This document shows, in pieces, positions 40,837-51,797 of a stretch of 64,000 nucleotides of DNA. Each line of letters begins with the position of its first letter. Position 1 is the first letter of the stretch. The DNA comes from an uncultured Sphingomonadales bacterium (lineage in GTDB: Bacteria; Pseudomonadota; Alphaproteobacteria; Sphingomonadales; CAKZYD01): NCBI GenBank assembly GCA_964590595.1, contig CAZPXQ010000009.1, positions 5,536-69,535 of the forward strand. The letters are read 5' to 3'. Below the pieces are notes generated by a model. The model did not search any database. It was not told where the DNA came from and worked only from the letters and a program-made list of their open reading frames with translations. A program made the translations under genes and the position numbers.

Positions 40837-41451
40837 TTGTTGTCGATCACCCCCGAACCGCATGATGAAAAGCCGGCGGCATTGGCCAAGCCGGCGCTCA
40901 GGCGCTTGTGCCGGACCCGCCGTGATGCCGTGGCTAGCGCCGACCGCGCCGCTTGGTCGCGCGCCGCCTGCGATCATGTGCTGGCACTGATAAATGGTCT
41001 GGCGCCCGCCGGGGCGATTGGGGGCTATTGGCCAATCGGCAGCGAATTGGATTGCCGTCCCGCCTTGGCGGCGTTGGCGCAACAGGGCCGTGTGGTCGGC
41101 CTGCCGGTGGTGGCGGCCCCCAGCCAGCCCTTGATTTTCCGTTGCTGGCGCGATGGCGACATTTTGGATGCCGGCGCCCACGGCACCTTGCAGCCGGGCT
41201 CAAGCCAGGCGCTGTGCCAGCCCAAGCTGGTGCTGGTGCCGTTATTGGGCTTTGATGCTGCCGGCCATCGCCTGGGCTATGGCGGCGGCTATTATGATCG
41301 CACCTTGGCGGCGCTGCGCAGCCAAGGCTCGGTGCTGGCGGTGGGGTTGGCTTATGACCTGCAAGCGCTGGACAGCGCCTTGGCGCAAGATCATGACGCG
41401 CCGTTGGACTGGATCGTCACTGAACGCGGCGCGCGGCCGGTTGCGCCTTAG
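40837..41451 (+). CDS. ygfA: 5-formyltetrahydrofolate cyclo-ligase
   Basis: YWPIGSE, LVPLLGFD, RLGYGGGYYDRTL, HD..LD.IVTE. Confidence 0.93.
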   Translation: MLSITPEPHDEKPAALAKPALRRLCRTRRDAVASADRAAWSRAACDHVLALINGLAPAGAIGGYWPIGSELDCRPALAALAQQGRVVGLPVVAAPSQPLIFRCWRDGDILDAGAHGTLQPGSSQALCQPKLVLVPLLGFDAAGHRLGYGGGYYDRTLAALRSQGSVLAVGLAYDLQALDSALAQDHDAPLDWIVTERGARPVAP

Positions 41452-41536
41452 CCCCTCTAGCACTTGCCGCCGGTTCTGCTATAAGCGGGCGCAAACCCAA
41501 GGCTGAAATGGACAAGGACAAAGGCGCGAGCAGGCT

Positions 41537-42283
41537 ATGGCTGGCCATTCCCAATTCAAGAACATCATGCACCGCAAGGGCGCGCAGGACAAAAAGCGCT
41601 CGAAATTATTCTCCAAACTGGCGAAGGAAGTCACCGTCGCCGCCAAATTGGGCGGCGTTGATCCCAATGCCAATCCACGGCTGCGGGCGGCGGTGGCGGC
41701 GGCGAAGTCGGCGTCGATGCCGAAGGATAATATCGAACGCGCGATCAAGCGGTCGCAAGGCGGTGACGAGGACAATTACGAGGAACTGCGCTATGAGGGT
41801 TTCGGCCCTGGCGGCGTGGCTTTCATTGTCGAGGCCTTGAGCGACAATCGCAACCGCACGGCGTCGGATGTGCGGACGATTTTTTCGCGCGCCGGCGGCA
41901 ATTTGGGTGAAACCGGTTCGGTTAATTTCATGTTCGACCGGGTTGGCGAAATCACCTACAAACCGGAAGCGGGCGATGCCGACACGGTGTTCGAGGCGGC
42001 ATTGGAAGCGGGCGCCGACAATGTCGAGTCTGACGATAATGGCCATGTCATCTACACCGAGGCCAGCGACCTTCATGAAGTGGCCAAGACGCTGGAAGAC
42101 AGGCTGGGCGAGGCGGACTCTACCAAGCTGATTTGGAGGCCGCAAACGCTGGTCAAATTGGACGAGGATGGCGCGCGGTCGCTGATGAAGCTGCTGGACA
42201 TGCTGGACGATAATGATGACGTTCAGACCGTTTATGGCAATTATGAAGTCGATGACGAGGTCGCGGCGCTGCTGGAAGGCTGA
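41537..42283 (+). CDS. yebC: YebC/PmpR family protein
   Basis: [28 protein letters not shown]. Confidence 0.96.
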   Translation: MAGHSQFKNIMHRKGAQDKKRSKLFSKLAKEVTVAAKLGGVDPNANPRLRAAVAAAKSASMPKDNIERAIKRSQGGDEDNYEELRYEGFGPGGVAFIVEALSDNRNRTASDVRTIFSRAGGNLGETGSVNFMFDRVGEITYKPEAGDADTVFEAALEAGADNVESDDNGHVIYTEASDLHEVAKTLEDRLGEADSTKLIWRPQTLVKLDEDGARSLMKLLDMLDDNDDVQTVYGNYEVDDEVAALLEG

Positions 42284-42303
42284 GCGCTGAACGGATTGGA
42301 GGG

Positions 42304-42840
42304 GTGGTGGCGGCAGGCTTTACGCGGCTGATCGGTCTGGACCCGGGCCTGCAACGCACCGGATGGGGTGTGATCGAAGCCGATGGCGTGCGTCTACGCC
42401 ATGTCGCCAATGGCACCGTCGCATCGTCGGCCAAGGCCGATCTGGCGGACCGGCTGCGCGAATTGCATGACCGTTTGGACGCGGTTATCGCCCAATATCG
42501 CCCCGCCGCGGCGGCGGTGGAGGAAACCTTCGTCAACAAAAATCCGCATTCAACCTTGAAGCTGGGCCAGGCGCGCGGCATTGCCCTGCTGGTGCCAGCG
42601 CTGGCCGGCCTGAAGGTGGCGGAATACACCCCCAACCATGTCAAAAAGTCGGTGGTTGGCGCGGGCCATGCGCACAAGGCGCAAATTCACGCCATGGTGT
42701 CGATGCTGCTGCCGGGCGTGGCGATCGCTGGGGCGGACGCGGCGGATGCGCTGGCGGTGGCGATTTGCCATGCCCATCATATGGGCGCGCTGGGCCGCCT
42801 GCAGGCCGGATTGCGCCAGGCTGGCGGGGGCGCGCGATGA
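42304..42840 (+). CDS. ruvC: Holliday junction resolvase
   Basis: [30 protein letters not shown]. Confidence 0.96.
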   Translation: MVAAGFTRLIGLDPGLQRTGWGVIEADGVRLRHVANGTVASSAKADLADRLRELHDRLDAVIAQYRPAAAAVEETFVNKNPHSTLKLGQARGIALLVPALAGLKVAEYTPNHVKKSVVGAGHAHKAQIHAMVSMLLPGVAIAGADAADALAVAICHAHHMGALGRLQAGLRQAGGGAR

Positions 42841-43460
42841 TCGCCAAGCTGACCGGCCTGCTGGACAGCCTTGGTGCTGATTGGGCCATCGTCGATGTTG
42901 GCGGTGTCGGCTATCTGGTGTTTTGTTCCGCCAAGACCCTGGCGGCGATGCCGGCGCCGGGCGAACGCGTGGCGCTGCTGATCGAAACTCATGTTCGGGA
43001 AGATCATATCCATTTGTTCGGCTTTGCCGGCGGCCGCGAGTTGGATTGGTTCCGGTTGCTGCAAAATGTTCAGGGCGTTGGCGCCAAAGTCGCCTTGGCG
43101 ATCCTGTCGGTGCTTGGTCCCGACCAACTGCAAGTCGCGATCGCCGCTCAAGACTCTAAAGCGGTGGCCCGCGCCAATGGGGTGGGGCCAAAACTGGCGG
43201 CGCGAATCGTCAATGAATTGAAGGACAAGGCGGCCAAGCTCAGCCTGGGCGCCAGCGCCGTAGCAACGGCGGCGGCATCACCCAGCGGTGCGCCGGCGGC
43301 GGATGACGCGGCCTTGGCCGACGCGGTTTCCGCGCTCGTCAATCTGGGCTATAGCCCCAGCGATGCCTATGGCGCGGCCCACAGTGCCCGCCGGCAATTG
43401 GGCGAAACGGCTGGACTGTCGGCGCTGATCAAGGCCGGATTAAAGGAGTTGAGCCAATGA
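42837..43460 (+). CDS. ruvA: Holliday junction branch migration protein
   Basis: MIAKLTG, DVGGVGY, VQGVGAK, ALVNLGY. Confidence 0.96.
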   Translation: MIAKLTGLLDSLGADWAIVDVGGVGYLVFCSAKTLAAMPAPGERVALLIETHVREDHIHLFGFAGGRELDWFRLLQNVQGVGAKVALAILSVLGPDQLQVAIAAQDSKAVARANGVGPKLAARIVNELKDKAAKLSLGASAVATAAASPSGAPAADDAALADAVSALVNLGYSPSDAYGAAHSARRQLGETAGLSALIKAGLKELSQ

Positions 43461-44521
43461 CCCCGGCCGACACATCAGCGTCGGACCGCTTGCTTGACGC
43501 CGGCGCGGCAACGACAGATGCGGGCGAGGCCAGCCTGCGGCCGCAGCGGCTGGACGATTTTGTCGGCCAGCGGCAGGTGTGCGAGAATTTGCGGGTCTTC
43601 GTGGCGGCCGCGAACCAGCGCGGCGAGGCGATGGATCATGTGCTGCTGCACGGCCCGCCGGGTCTGGGCAAGACGACGCTGGCGCAAATCATCGCCCGCG
43701 AACTGGGCGCCAATTTCCGTGCGACATCGGGGCCGGTGATCGCCAAGGCTGGCGATTTGGCGGCGCTGCTGACTAATTTGGAAGCCCGCGACGTGCTGTT
43801 CATCGATGAAATTCACCGGCTCAATCCAGCGGTCGAGGAAATTCTCTATCCGGCGATGGAGGATTTTCAACTTGATCTGATCATTGGCGAAGGGCCGGCG
43901 GCACGCTCGGTGCGGATCGACCTGCCGCCCTTTACCCTGATTGGTGCGACCACCCGTTCAGGTCTGATCACCACGCCGTTGCGCGATCGCTTCGGCATCC
44001 CCTTGCGGTTAAATTTCTATGCAATCGATGACTTGCGCGGCGTGGTGCTGCGCGGCGCGCGCACCTTGGGCGTGGCGCTGAGCGAGGCCGGGGCGCATGA
44101 AATCGCCTCGCGGTCACGCGGCACGCCGCGCATTGCCGGCCGATTGCTGAGGCGGGTGCGCGATTTCGCCGCCGTCAGTGGCGCCGGCGAGATCGACGCT
44201 CAGGTCGCCGACGCGGCGCTGTCGCGCTTGGAGGTTGACCGTCTGGGGCTCGATGCGATGGATCATCGCTATCTCAATTGCATCGCCGTGACCTATACCG
44301 GCGGGCCGGTCGGCATCGAGACCTTGGCGGCGGCACTATCGGAGCCGCGCGATGCGATCGAGGATATCATCGAGCCTTATTTGATGCAGACCGGCCTGGT
44401 TCAGCGCACGCCGCGAGGCCGCGTGCTTGCGTCTGCCGCTTATGCGCATTTGGGGCTTGAGCCGCCGCGCGTGGCGACTCAACAATTCGACTTTCTTGAC
44501 GACGATGCGGGGGAGGTATGA
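43457..44521 (+). CDS. ruvB: Holliday junction branch migration helicase
   Basis: [32 protein letters not shown]. Confidence 0.98.
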   Translation: MTPADTSASDRLLDAGAATTDAGEASLRPQRLDDFVGQRQVCENLRVFVAAANQRGEAMDHVLLHGPPGLGKTTLAQIIARELGANFRATSGPVIAKAGDLAALLTNLEARDVLFIDEIHRLNPAVEEILYPAMEDFQLDLIIGEGPAARSVRIDLPPFTLIGATTRSGLITTPLRDRFGIPLRLNFYAIDDLRGVVLRGARTLGVALSEAGAHEIASRSRGTPRIAGRLLRRVRDFAAVSGAGEIDAQVADAALSRLEVDRLGLDAMDHRYLNCIAVTYTGGPVGIETLAAALSEPRDAIEDIIEPYLMQTGLVQRTPRGRVLASAAYAHLGLEPPRVATQQFDFLDDDAGEV

Positions 44522-44979
44522 GCGCGCATCGATTGTCGCTGCGGGTTTATTTCGAGGACACCGATGCATCCGGCATCATGTATCACGCCCGCTATCTGGC
44601 ATTCTTCGAGCGTGGCCGCACGGAAATGCTGCGCGGTCTTGGCATCGACCATGCTGGCATGCTGGCGCTGCCGGCGCCAGAACGGCTGTATTTCGTGGTC
44701 CGCCGCATTGGCATCGACTATCGCCAGCCCGCCCGCCTCGACGATCTGGTGACCATTGAAAGCCGCACCCTGGCTTGCCACGGTGCCAGCCTGCGCGTTG
44801 GCCAAACCATGTGGCGCGGCGATGAAGTGCTGGCCCAAGCGGAAATCCTGGTCGCCATGGTTGGCGCCGATGGCCGCGCCAAACGCCTGCCAGCCGATAT
44901 GCGCCGCCTTTTCCGTGCCACAATGAGCGGGCAAACGACGGCTGCGCAATCCGACTCCGCAATAATGGACCCATCATGA
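44518..44979 (+). CDS. ybgC: Tol-pal-associated acyl-CoA thioesterase
   Basis: [27 protein letters not shown]; synteny. Confidence 0.92.
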   Translation: MSAHRLSLRVYFEDTDASGIMYHARYLAFFERGRTEMLRGLGIDHAGMLALPAPERLYFVVRRIGIDYRQPARLDDLVTIESRTLACHGASLRVGQTMWRGDEVLAQAEILVAMVGADGRAKRLPADMRRLFRATMSGQTTAAQSDSAIMDPS

Positions 44980-45719
44980 TGCAAGACCAGATGCCCACCC
45001 CGGCCGGCGAAGTGGCGGTGACCACCGATCTCGGCGGCGTTGTTCATGACTTTTCGGCCTTCGGGCTGTTCCTGCAGGCCGATCTGGTGGTCAAGGCGGT
45101 GATGATTTTGCTGTTGCTGGCCTCGGTCTATAGCTGGGCCATCATGTACGAAAAATGGCGGACTATCCGGCGGGTGCGCCGCCAGGCCGACAAGTTCGAG
45201 GATGTGTTCTGGTCCGGCAACTCGTTGGAAGACCTTTATGAAGGCGTTGCCAAGCAGCCGGAACATCCTTTTGCCATGGTGTTCGCCGCAGCGATGCGGG
45301 AGTGGCAGCGGGCGATTGGTGGCAAAGGATTGGGCCGGCTGGGCGCCAGCCTGTCGGAGCGGATCGAGACGGTGATGCGGGTGACCTTGCAGCGGGAGAT
45401 GGAGCGTCTGGAACGCCGCCTGAGCTTCTTGGCGACAGTGGGATCGGTGGCGCCGTTTGTCGGCTTATTCGGCACTGTATGGGGCATCATGAACAGCTTT
45501 GAATCGATCGCGCTAAGCCAAAATACCAGCCTGGCCGTGGTCGCGCCGGGCATCGCCGAAGCCTTGTTCGCCACCGCACTGGGCTTGCTGGCGGCGATCC
45601 CGGCCGTGGTCGCCTATAATAAGTTGACCGGCGATCTGGGCCGTTATGCCGGCCGGCTGGAGAATTTTTGCGATGAATTCTCCGCCGTCATTTCCCGTCA
45701 ACTTGACGACAAAGCCTAG
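44976..45719 (+). CDS. tolQ: TolQ
   Basis: LATVGSVAPFVGLFGTVWGIM, APGIAEALFATALGL. Confidence 0.96.
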   Translation: MMQDQMPTPAGEVAVTTDLGGVVHDFSAFGLFLQADLVVKAVMILLLLASVYSWAIMYEKWRTIRRVRRQADKFEDVFWSGNSLEDLYEGVAKQPEHPFAMVFAAAMREWQRAIGGKGLGRLGASLSERIETVMRVTLQREMERLERRLSFLATVGSVAPFVGLFGTVWGIMNSFESIALSQNTSLAVVAPGIAEALFATALGLLAAIPAVVAYNKLTGDLGRYAGRLENFCDEFSAVISRQLDDKA

Positions 45720-45733
45720 GGGAGGCGGCGGCG

Positions 45734-46177
45734 ATGGCGGTGTCTTTCAATTCCGGCAATGGCGGCAATGGCGGTCGGCGTTACCGGCCGATGTCGGAAA
45801 TCAACGTCACGCCGTTTGTCGACGTCATGCTGGTGTTGCTGATTGTGTTCATGGTCACCGCGCCGTTATTGACCTTGGGCGTGCCGGTCGATCTGCCGAA
45901 AACACAGGCCCAGCCGCTGCCGGAAGATCAAAAGCCGTTGACCATCTCGATTGACCGCAATGGCGCCATATTTTTGGAGGATACGGAAATCCCGGCCGAT
46001 GAATTGGTGCCGCGATTGGCGGCGATCGCGCAGGAACGCCGTGATGGACGCATTTATGTGCGCGGCGACGCGGCCCTAGATTATGGCGCGATGATGCAAT
46101 TGATCGCCCGCGTCAACCGGGCCGGATTCAGCAAAGTAGCCCTGGTGACGGAGCGCGGTGAGCTCGACCCTGAATAA
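45734..46177 (+). CDS. tolR: TolR
   Basis: [28 protein letters not shown]. Confidence 0.96.
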   Translation: MAVSFNSGNGGNGGRRYRPMSEINVTPFVDVMLVLLIVFMVTAPLLTLGVPVDLPKTQAQPLPEDQKPLTISIDRNGAIFLEDTEIPADELVPRLAAIAQERRDGRIYVRGDAALDYGAMMQLIARVNRAGFSKVALVTERGELDPE

Positions 46178-47030
46178 CAGCCTGACGACCGGCATCGCGG
46201 TCTCGCTGACCTTGCATGTCGCTGTCTATTTGGCATTGGCGCATGGCTGGTCGCTGTCGCGGCCCGACGCCATGCCCGAGCCGGACGTGGTGCCGATCGA
46301 GATCGCCACCATTGACGATGTCACCCGGGTGCCAACCAAGGCCGAGCCCAAGCCCGAGCCGGAACCGGATCCCGAGCCTGAACCTGAACCCGAGCCAGCG
46401 CCCGAGCCTGAGCCGACCGCCACCGCGCCGCCGCCCGAGCCGACCTTGGCCGACGTGCCGCCGCCCGAGCCTGAGCCCGCGCCCGAACCCAAGCCAGCGC
46501 CCCAGCCCAAGCCAGAACCAAAACCGGCGGCCAAACCGGCGCCGGTCGTGACACCAGTGCAGAAGCCGAAACCGCCTAACCGGTTGGATTTGAAACGGAT
46601 CGCGGCCCTGATCGACAAAGCGAAGGAAGAAAGCCCGCCACCGGCGCCCGACCGTAATCAGCAGATCGCCGAGGCGGTGCAGCGCAGCCAAACCTCGTCG
46701 CTGGATGCCAAGCGCGCCACCGCCACCCTGATCGCGGCGGCGCGGGCGCAGGTAGAGCGCTGCTGGAATCCACCCTTGGGTGCCAAGGACATTCAAGACA
46801 TGCAGGTGGTCCTGCTTGTCAATCTCAATCCAGATGGTAGCTTGCGCTCAGCGCCGACCTTCGATGGCGATGCGCGGGCGCGGATGCAGCGCGATCCGTT
46901 CTACCGCACGCTGGCGGAAAGCACGCAACGCGCGGTGCAGCGGTGTGCGCCGCTTGAATTGCCGCGCGAATCCTATGAACAATGGCGCAGCATGCGCTTG
47001 GTGTTCGATCCTAGGGAGATGGTGAATTGA
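46158..47030 (+). CDS. tolA: TolA-like envelope integrity protein
   Basis: N-terminal TM with S...H, PE/PK-rich linker, C-terminal RCWNPP...RAVQRC domain. Confidence 0.87.
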   Translation: MSSTLNNSLTTGIAVSLTLHVAVYLALAHGWSLSRPDAMPEPDVVPIEIATIDDVTRVPTKAEPKPEPEPDPEPEPEPEPAPEPEPTATAPPPEPTLADVPPPEPEPAPEPKPAPQPKPEPKPAAKPAPVVTPVQKPKPPNRLDLKRIAALIDKAKEESPPPAPDRNQQIAEAVQRSQTSSLDAKRATATLIAAARAQVERCWNPPLGAKDIQDMQVVLLVNLNPDGSLRSAPTFDGDARARMQRDPFYRTLAESTQRAVQRCAPLELPRESYEQWRSMRLVFDPREMVN

Positions 47031-48400
47031 CCTGCCGCCTGACCGTATTTGCCCGTGGCTTCGCCGCCATCATGATTTTGGCGGCGGCCTTCCTTTTGTC
47101 TCCGCGCGCGGCTCTGGCAGTGCTGGAGGTCGATATCACCCGCGGCTATATGGAGCCGCTGCCGATCGCCATACCCGATTTTGTTTTCACCGCCGACGCG
47201 CAGACGCCGGAGGGGCCGTTGTCGAAGATCGGCCGCGACATCGCCAATGTGATCAGCGCCGATCTTGCCCGGTCGGGTCTATTTCGTGCAATTTCACGCG
47301 ATGCCTTCATTCGTCCCTTGAGTGCGTCGGAGGTGCGGCCCGATCTGCGGATCTGGAAAGCGGTGGGGGCCCAGGCGCTGGTCGCCGGACGCATGGATCG
47401 GCAGGCGGACGGCAGTTTGGCGGTGGAATTTCGGCTCTGGGATGTGCTGGGCGAAAGCCAGATGACCGGCATGCGCTATACCCTGCCGGCGAAAAACTGG
47501 CGCCGCGTCGCCCATATCATCGCCGATGCGGTCTATAAGCGTCTGACCGGCGAAGATGGCTATTTCGACACCCGCGTCGTGTTCATTTCCGAAACCGGGG
47601 TTAAAACCAACAGGGTGAAGCGGCTGACGATCATGGATCAGGACGGCGCCAATCTCAAATATCTGACCAGCGGGCGTGATTTGGTGCTGACGCCGCGGTT
47701 TTCGCCTTCACAGCAGGAAATCACTTATTTCGCCTATTATAACGACCGGCCTAGGGTGTATTTGTACAATCTGGAAAGCGGCAAGCACGAGGTATTGGGC
47801 GATTTCCCCAACATGACTTTCGCGCCGCGATTCACGCCCGACGGCAACGGCGTCATCTTCAGTCAGGCAATCAGCGGCAATTCCGACATTTACGAAATGG
47901 ACCTGCGGACCCGGCGGGTGCGTCGCCTGACCGACGATCCCGGCATTGATACGTCGCCTTCTTATGCGCCTGACGGCATGCGGCTCGTCTTCAACTCCGA
48001 CCGTGGCGGCAGCCAGCAGCTCTATGTGATGGACCGCAATGGCGGCAATGTCGAACGGATCTCCTTTGGCCGTGGCCGTTATGGCACGCCGGTGTGGTCG
48101 CCGCGCGGCGATTTGATTGCCTTCACCAAGATCGATACCCGCACCCGCCAGTTCCGGATTGGCGTGATGCGGCCCGACGGTTCGGGCGAACGCATGCTCA
48201 CCGACGCTTATCAGGACGAGGGTCCGACCTGGTCGCCCAATGGCCGGGTGCTGATGTTTTTCCGCACCGAACGCTATCGCGGCGATGGCTCTGGCGGCGA
48301 GGTTAGCCTGTGGTCGGTGGACCTGACCGGCTATAATGAACGCCGGGTGCCAACCCCTACCGATGCGTCGGATCCAGCCTGGTCGCCGCTTATTCAATAA
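47027..48400 (+). CDS. tolB: TolB
   Basis: [23 protein letters not shown]40 repeats (PRFSP, PVWSP, PTWSP). Confidence 0.96.
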   Translation: MTCRLTVFARGFAAIMILAAAFLLSPRAALAVLEVDITRGYMEPLPIAIPDFVFTADAQTPEGPLSKIGRDIANVISADLARSGLFRAISRDAFIRPLSASEVRPDLRIWKAVGAQALVAGRMDRQADGSLAVEFRLWDVLGESQMTGMRYTLPAKNWRRVAHIIADAVYKRLTGEDGYFDTRVVFISETGVKTNRVKRLTIMDQDGANLKYLTSGRDLVLTPRFSPSQQEITYFAYYNDRPRVYLYNLESGKHEVLGDFPNMTFAPRFTPDGNGVIFSQAISGNSDIYEMDLRTRRVRRLTDDPGIDTSPSYAPDGMRLVFNSDRGGSQQLYVMDRNGGNVERISFGRGRYGTPVWSPRGDLIAFTKIDTRTRQFRIGVMRPDGSGERMLTDAYQDEGPTWSPNGRVLMFFRTERYRGDGSGGEVSLWSVDLTGYNERRVPTPTDASDPAWSPLIQ

Positions 48401-48628
48401 AAATTCAAAATAAATCCTAGCGGTGCACCTGCATTGCAACGCCATTCGGCCTTGATTGCGCGGCAACCGGGCTTTATATTGCGCGCGTTTACGATGCACG
48501 CTTGAACCGTGGCCGTGCTCGGTCAAACGACAAATCTATGCGGCGGTTTTGAGGGTTGGCTTAGGGGTTTTTCAAGTCGGCCGCATTCAGAGGGGTCTTT
48601 TAGAACGCTGCGGAAGGGTCAACTCATT

Positions 48629-49177
48629 ATGTTACAATATAAATTTGGGCTGAAATTCTTGGCCGCCGGTTTAAGTCTCAGCATTCTGGCCGCCTGCGCC
48701 AGTAAGCAAGAGAGCGACAGTGTCTCCGCGGCGCCACCACCACCACCGCCGCCATCCTCGGATACCGTGGCGGCAGCGCCTTTGGATGCCGACCGGCCGG
48801 TACCTGGCAGCCAGGCGGATTTGATTGACACCGTCGGTGCTGACCGGGTGTTTTTCGCCTTTGATAGTTCCGAATTGCGCCCCGACGCCCGCGACCTTCT
48901 GCGCAAGCAGGCGGAATGGCTGGCGTCCAACCGGTCGGCGCGGATCACCATCGAAGGTCATTGCGACGAGCGCGGCACCCGCGAATACAACTTGGCCTTG
49001 GGTGAACGCCGCGCCAACGCCGTGCGCAGCTATCTGGTCGCCTTGGGTGTCGATAGCGACCGCTTGTCGACCATCAGCTATGGCAAGGAGCGCCCGGCTG
49101 TCCTCGGTTCGAATGAGGAAGCCTGGGCCCAGAACCGCCGCGCGGTGTCGGTGGTCACCAGCAGCCCCGGCGCCTGA
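48629..49177 (+). CDS. pal: Peptidoglycan-associated lipoprotein
   Basis: Lipobox LAAC; IEGHCDERGTREYNLALGERRA, ISYGKERP. Confidence 0.97.
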   Translation: MLQYKFGLKFLAAGLSLSILAACASKQESDSVSAAPPPPPPPSSDTVAAAPLDADRPVPGSQADLIDTVGADRVFFAFDSSELRPDARDLLRKQAEWLASNRSARITIEGHCDERGTREYNLALGERRANAVRSYLVALGVDSDRLSTISYGKERPAVLGSNEEAWAQNRRAVSVVTSSPGA

Positions 49178-49198
49178 TCGGCTCAGGGTTTCGACATT

Positions 49199-49247
49199 CG
49201 CCCCGCGTCAACCGGCAGCAACCGGTCGGCGCGGGGCGTTGTTTTTT
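49199..49247 (+). terminator. Intrinsic terminator after pal
   Basis: CGCCCCGCGTC...GGCGCGGGGCG followed by TTGTTTTTT. Confidence 0.72.
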
Positions 49248-49344
49248 GGATTTCGCCCGCGGGCATGGGCAGCCTCAGTTTTGACCCATTGGCGGCGATA
49301 ATGGCGTTTGAAACCGGGATTCGGGCGAATAAGAGTGAGGACGC

Positions 49345-50370
49345 ATGATCCGCTTCAGCGCTAAATCGCGTATTGCCGCCATGCTGGCGGCGGTTGTGGT
49401 GTTGGGCACGGCTTGGATGGCGCATGCCCAAACCGTGCCGCAACTGGAAAATCGCATCGAAAAGCTGGAAAAACAGCTGCGGGCGGTGCAGCGGCGGGTG
49501 TTTTCGGGTGACGATGTGTATTTCAGCACAGGTTCCGAGGTGGCGGGGTCAGGCGCGGCGGCGAGCCAGGATCAAGGCGCAATGCCCTCGGGTGAGCCGA
49601 ATCTGCTGGCGGACCTGCAAATTCGTCTCAGTGCCTTGGAACGGCAATTGCGGGAATTAACGGGCCGGGTCGAGGAACAGGGCTTCCAGACCCGGCAAAT
49701 GGAAACTGAGCTGACCCGCTTCCGCGAGGATGTGGAATTCCGTTTAGGGCAATTGGAACGTGGCAGCGGCCAGCCCAGCCTGCAGCCGACGGCGCCAGCC
49801 CTGCAAGGCGGCGCGGCAGCTGGCGGCCCAAACGATGTCGCGCCGCCTCGCCCAACCAGCCCGGCGCCCAACCCGTCTGCGCAAAACACGCCAACGCCCG
49901 AACCTGCGCCTGAGTCCGCGCCCAAGCCAGCGCCCGAACCCGCACCCGCGCCAGAACCTCAACCGCAGCCCGAGCCGGTGGCGACGAGCCCGCAAACCGT
50001 GTTCGAGGATGCGTTCGCGGCGCTGCGGCGGGGCGATTATGCAGACGCGGAATCCGGCTTTCAGACATTTTTGCGCCAATATCCGCAAGACCCCTTGGCC
50101 AGCAACGCGCAATATTGGCTGGGTCGCAGTTATTTCGTGCGCCGCGATTATGGCCGCGCCGCTGGCGCTTTCCTCAGCAGCTATCAAGACTATCCAAATG
50201 GCGAAAAGGCGGCCGACAGCTTGCTTGATCTTGGCGTCACCCTGATCGAGCTTGACCAGAAGCAAGATGCCTGCGCCGCTTTTGAGCAGTTCCAACAAAG
50301 CTTTCCCAATGCCTCCGACCGGTTGCAACAGCGTCTGGCAAGCGAGCGGGCGCGCGCCGGTTGCGGCTGA
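49345..50370 (+). CDS. cpoB: Cell division coordinator CpoB/YbgF
   Basis: Signal peptide, coiled coil LTGRVEE, TPRs (NAQYWLG, AC). Confidence 0.92.
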   Translation: MIRFSAKSRIAAMLAAVVVLGTAWMAHAQTVPQLENRIEKLEKQLRAVQRRVFSGDDVYFSTGSEVAGSGAAASQDQGAMPSGEPNLLADLQIRLSALERQLRELTGRVEEQGFQTRQMETELTRFREDVEFRLGQLERGSGQPSLQPTAPALQGGAAAGGPNDVAPPRPTSPAPNPSAQNTPTPEPAPESAPKPAPEPAPAPEPQPQPEPVATSPQTVFEDAFAALRRGDYADAESGFQTFLRQYPQDPLASNAQYWLGRSYFVRRDYGRAAGAFLSSYQDYPNGEKAADSLLDLGVTLIELDQKQDACAAFEQFQQSFPNASDRLQQRLASERARAGCG

Positions 50371-50376
50371 CCGCGC

Positions 50377-51735
50377 ATGACCGCGCCGCCGCTTGATGCC
50401 CAGTGGTTTGGCGCGGCCCTGGCGCAGGCGGCCGGCGGTCATGGCGATTTCGCGCCGGGCAGCGCCGCGCCGGTGGCGCTGGCGGTGTCTGGTGGCGCCG
50501 ACAGCATGGCGCTGGCGTTATTAGCGGCCGAGGCCCTGGGGCCAAGCCGGTTGCGCGCCTTGACCGTGGACCACCGATTGCGACCGCAAGCGGCTGCGGA
50601 AGCGCGCTGGGTGGCCGGGCAAATGGCGGCGCGCGGCATCGCCCATGACATCCTCACCCGCCCCGACGCGCCGCTGGGCGGCAATCTGCAAGATCAGGCG
50701 CGCCAGGCCCGTTACCGGCTGTTGGAGGATTGGTGCGCGGGCCAGGGCGTGGCCTGGCTGATGACCGCGCATCACCAGGGTGATCAGGCGGAAACTTTGT
50801 TGCTGCGGCTGGCGCGTGGCAGTGGCGTCGACGGTCTGGCCGCCATGACGCCGATGCGCCCGGCTTTGACCCGGCCAGACGGTCCAAGGCTTCTGCGGCC
50901 CTTATTGACGCAACCGCCGGCGGCCCTGCGGGCTTATCTGATGGCGCGGGACCAAGGCTGGGTCGAGGATCCAAGCAATCAGGATCGCGGTTTCGAGCGG
51001 GTGCGCGCCCGGGCCTTGCTGGCTGATCCGCCCCTGGAGGGATTGACGCCGGCGCGGCTGGCAGGGGTGGCGGCGGCGATGCGCCGGGCCCGGGCGGCCT
51101 TGGCGCATTATACCCAGGCGTGGCTTGACCGAGCGGTCGCCTGGCGGGCGACTGGCGATGCCCGGCTCGACCTTGACGGCCTGGGCGCAGTGCCGGACGA
51201 AATCGCCCTGCGCGGGCTGGCCATGCTGGTGACGGCGGTGGCGGGCAATGTTCAGCCGCCTCGGCTGGCGCCGCTGGAGCGGCTATTGGCGGCGCTGCGA
51301 ACAGGGCGCGGGGTGGCCCGCACCTTGGGTGGCGTTGAAATTTGGCCCGAGGCGGGCGGTGGTGCCGCTGTCATCGCCCGCGAACCGGCGGCGGCGCGGC
51401 GTGATTTGCGGCGGCTTTTACCTGGGCAAAGTGCGTTGTGGGATGGCCGCTTCCAGATTGTCTTGGCCGACACTGCGGCCGCGGCTTGCGACCTGCGCGC
51501 CTTGGGCCAGGACGGCTGGCAAGCCCTTGGCGGCCTTAATCGTCCGCCGGTGGCTTATAAGGTGGCATTGTCGCAACCGTCGCTGTGGCGGCGGGACCGA
51601 CTGCTGGCCGCTCCAACCCTGGGCTATGACGACGGTCATCGGCCTGGCGCGCCATGGTGCCGGGCGGAATTTTCCCCGCAACGGCCAATCTTGGCCAATG
51701 GCCTTGTTTCGGACCATTTTTCGCTTATCTTTTAG
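50377..51735 (+). CDS. tilS: tRNA(Ile)-lysidine synthetase
   Basis: AVSGGADS, VDHRLR, TAHH.GDQAET, LRPLL, EDPSN. Confidence 0.94.
   Translation: MTAPPLDAQWFGAALAQAAGGHGDFAPGSAAPVALAVSGGADSMALALLAAEALGPSRLRALTVDHRLRPQAAAEARWVAGQMAARGIAHDILTRPDAPLGGNLQDQARQARYRLLEDWCAGQGVAWLMTAHHQGDQAETLLLRLARGSGVDGLAAMTPMRPALTRPDGPRLLRPLLTQPPAALRAYLMARDQGWVEDPSNQDRGFERVRARALLADPPLEGLTPARLAGVAAAMRRARAALAHYTQAWLDRAVAWRATGDARLDLDGLGAVPDEIALRGLAMLVTAVAGNVQPPRLAPLERLLAALRTGRGVARTLGGVEIWPEAGGGAAVIAREPAAARRDLRRLLPGQSALWDGRFQIVLADTAAAACDLRALGQDGWQALGGLNRPPVAYKVALSQPSLWRRDRLLAAPTLGYDDGHRPGAPWCRAEFSPQRPILANGLVSDHFSLIF
51703..51730 (+). promoter_or_regulatory. RpoH (sigma-32)-type promoter candidate for ftsH, inside the tilS 3' end
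   Basis: CTTG-N17-CTTATCT. Confidence 0.45.
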
Positions 51736-51797
51736 GAAACCAAGCTGGCTTAGGATGCGCTGGTGGGCGGCCCGGCAAGTGAAAGGATCAGAACGCG

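Noticed and set aside
40647..40865. 72-aa ORF between zapA and ygfA
   Set aside because: Better explained by 6S RNA structure and synteny.
46340..46545. Short tandem repeats in tolA (and 49890-49980 in cpoB)
   Set aside because: Ordinary Pro-Glu/Pro-Lys periplasmic linkers.
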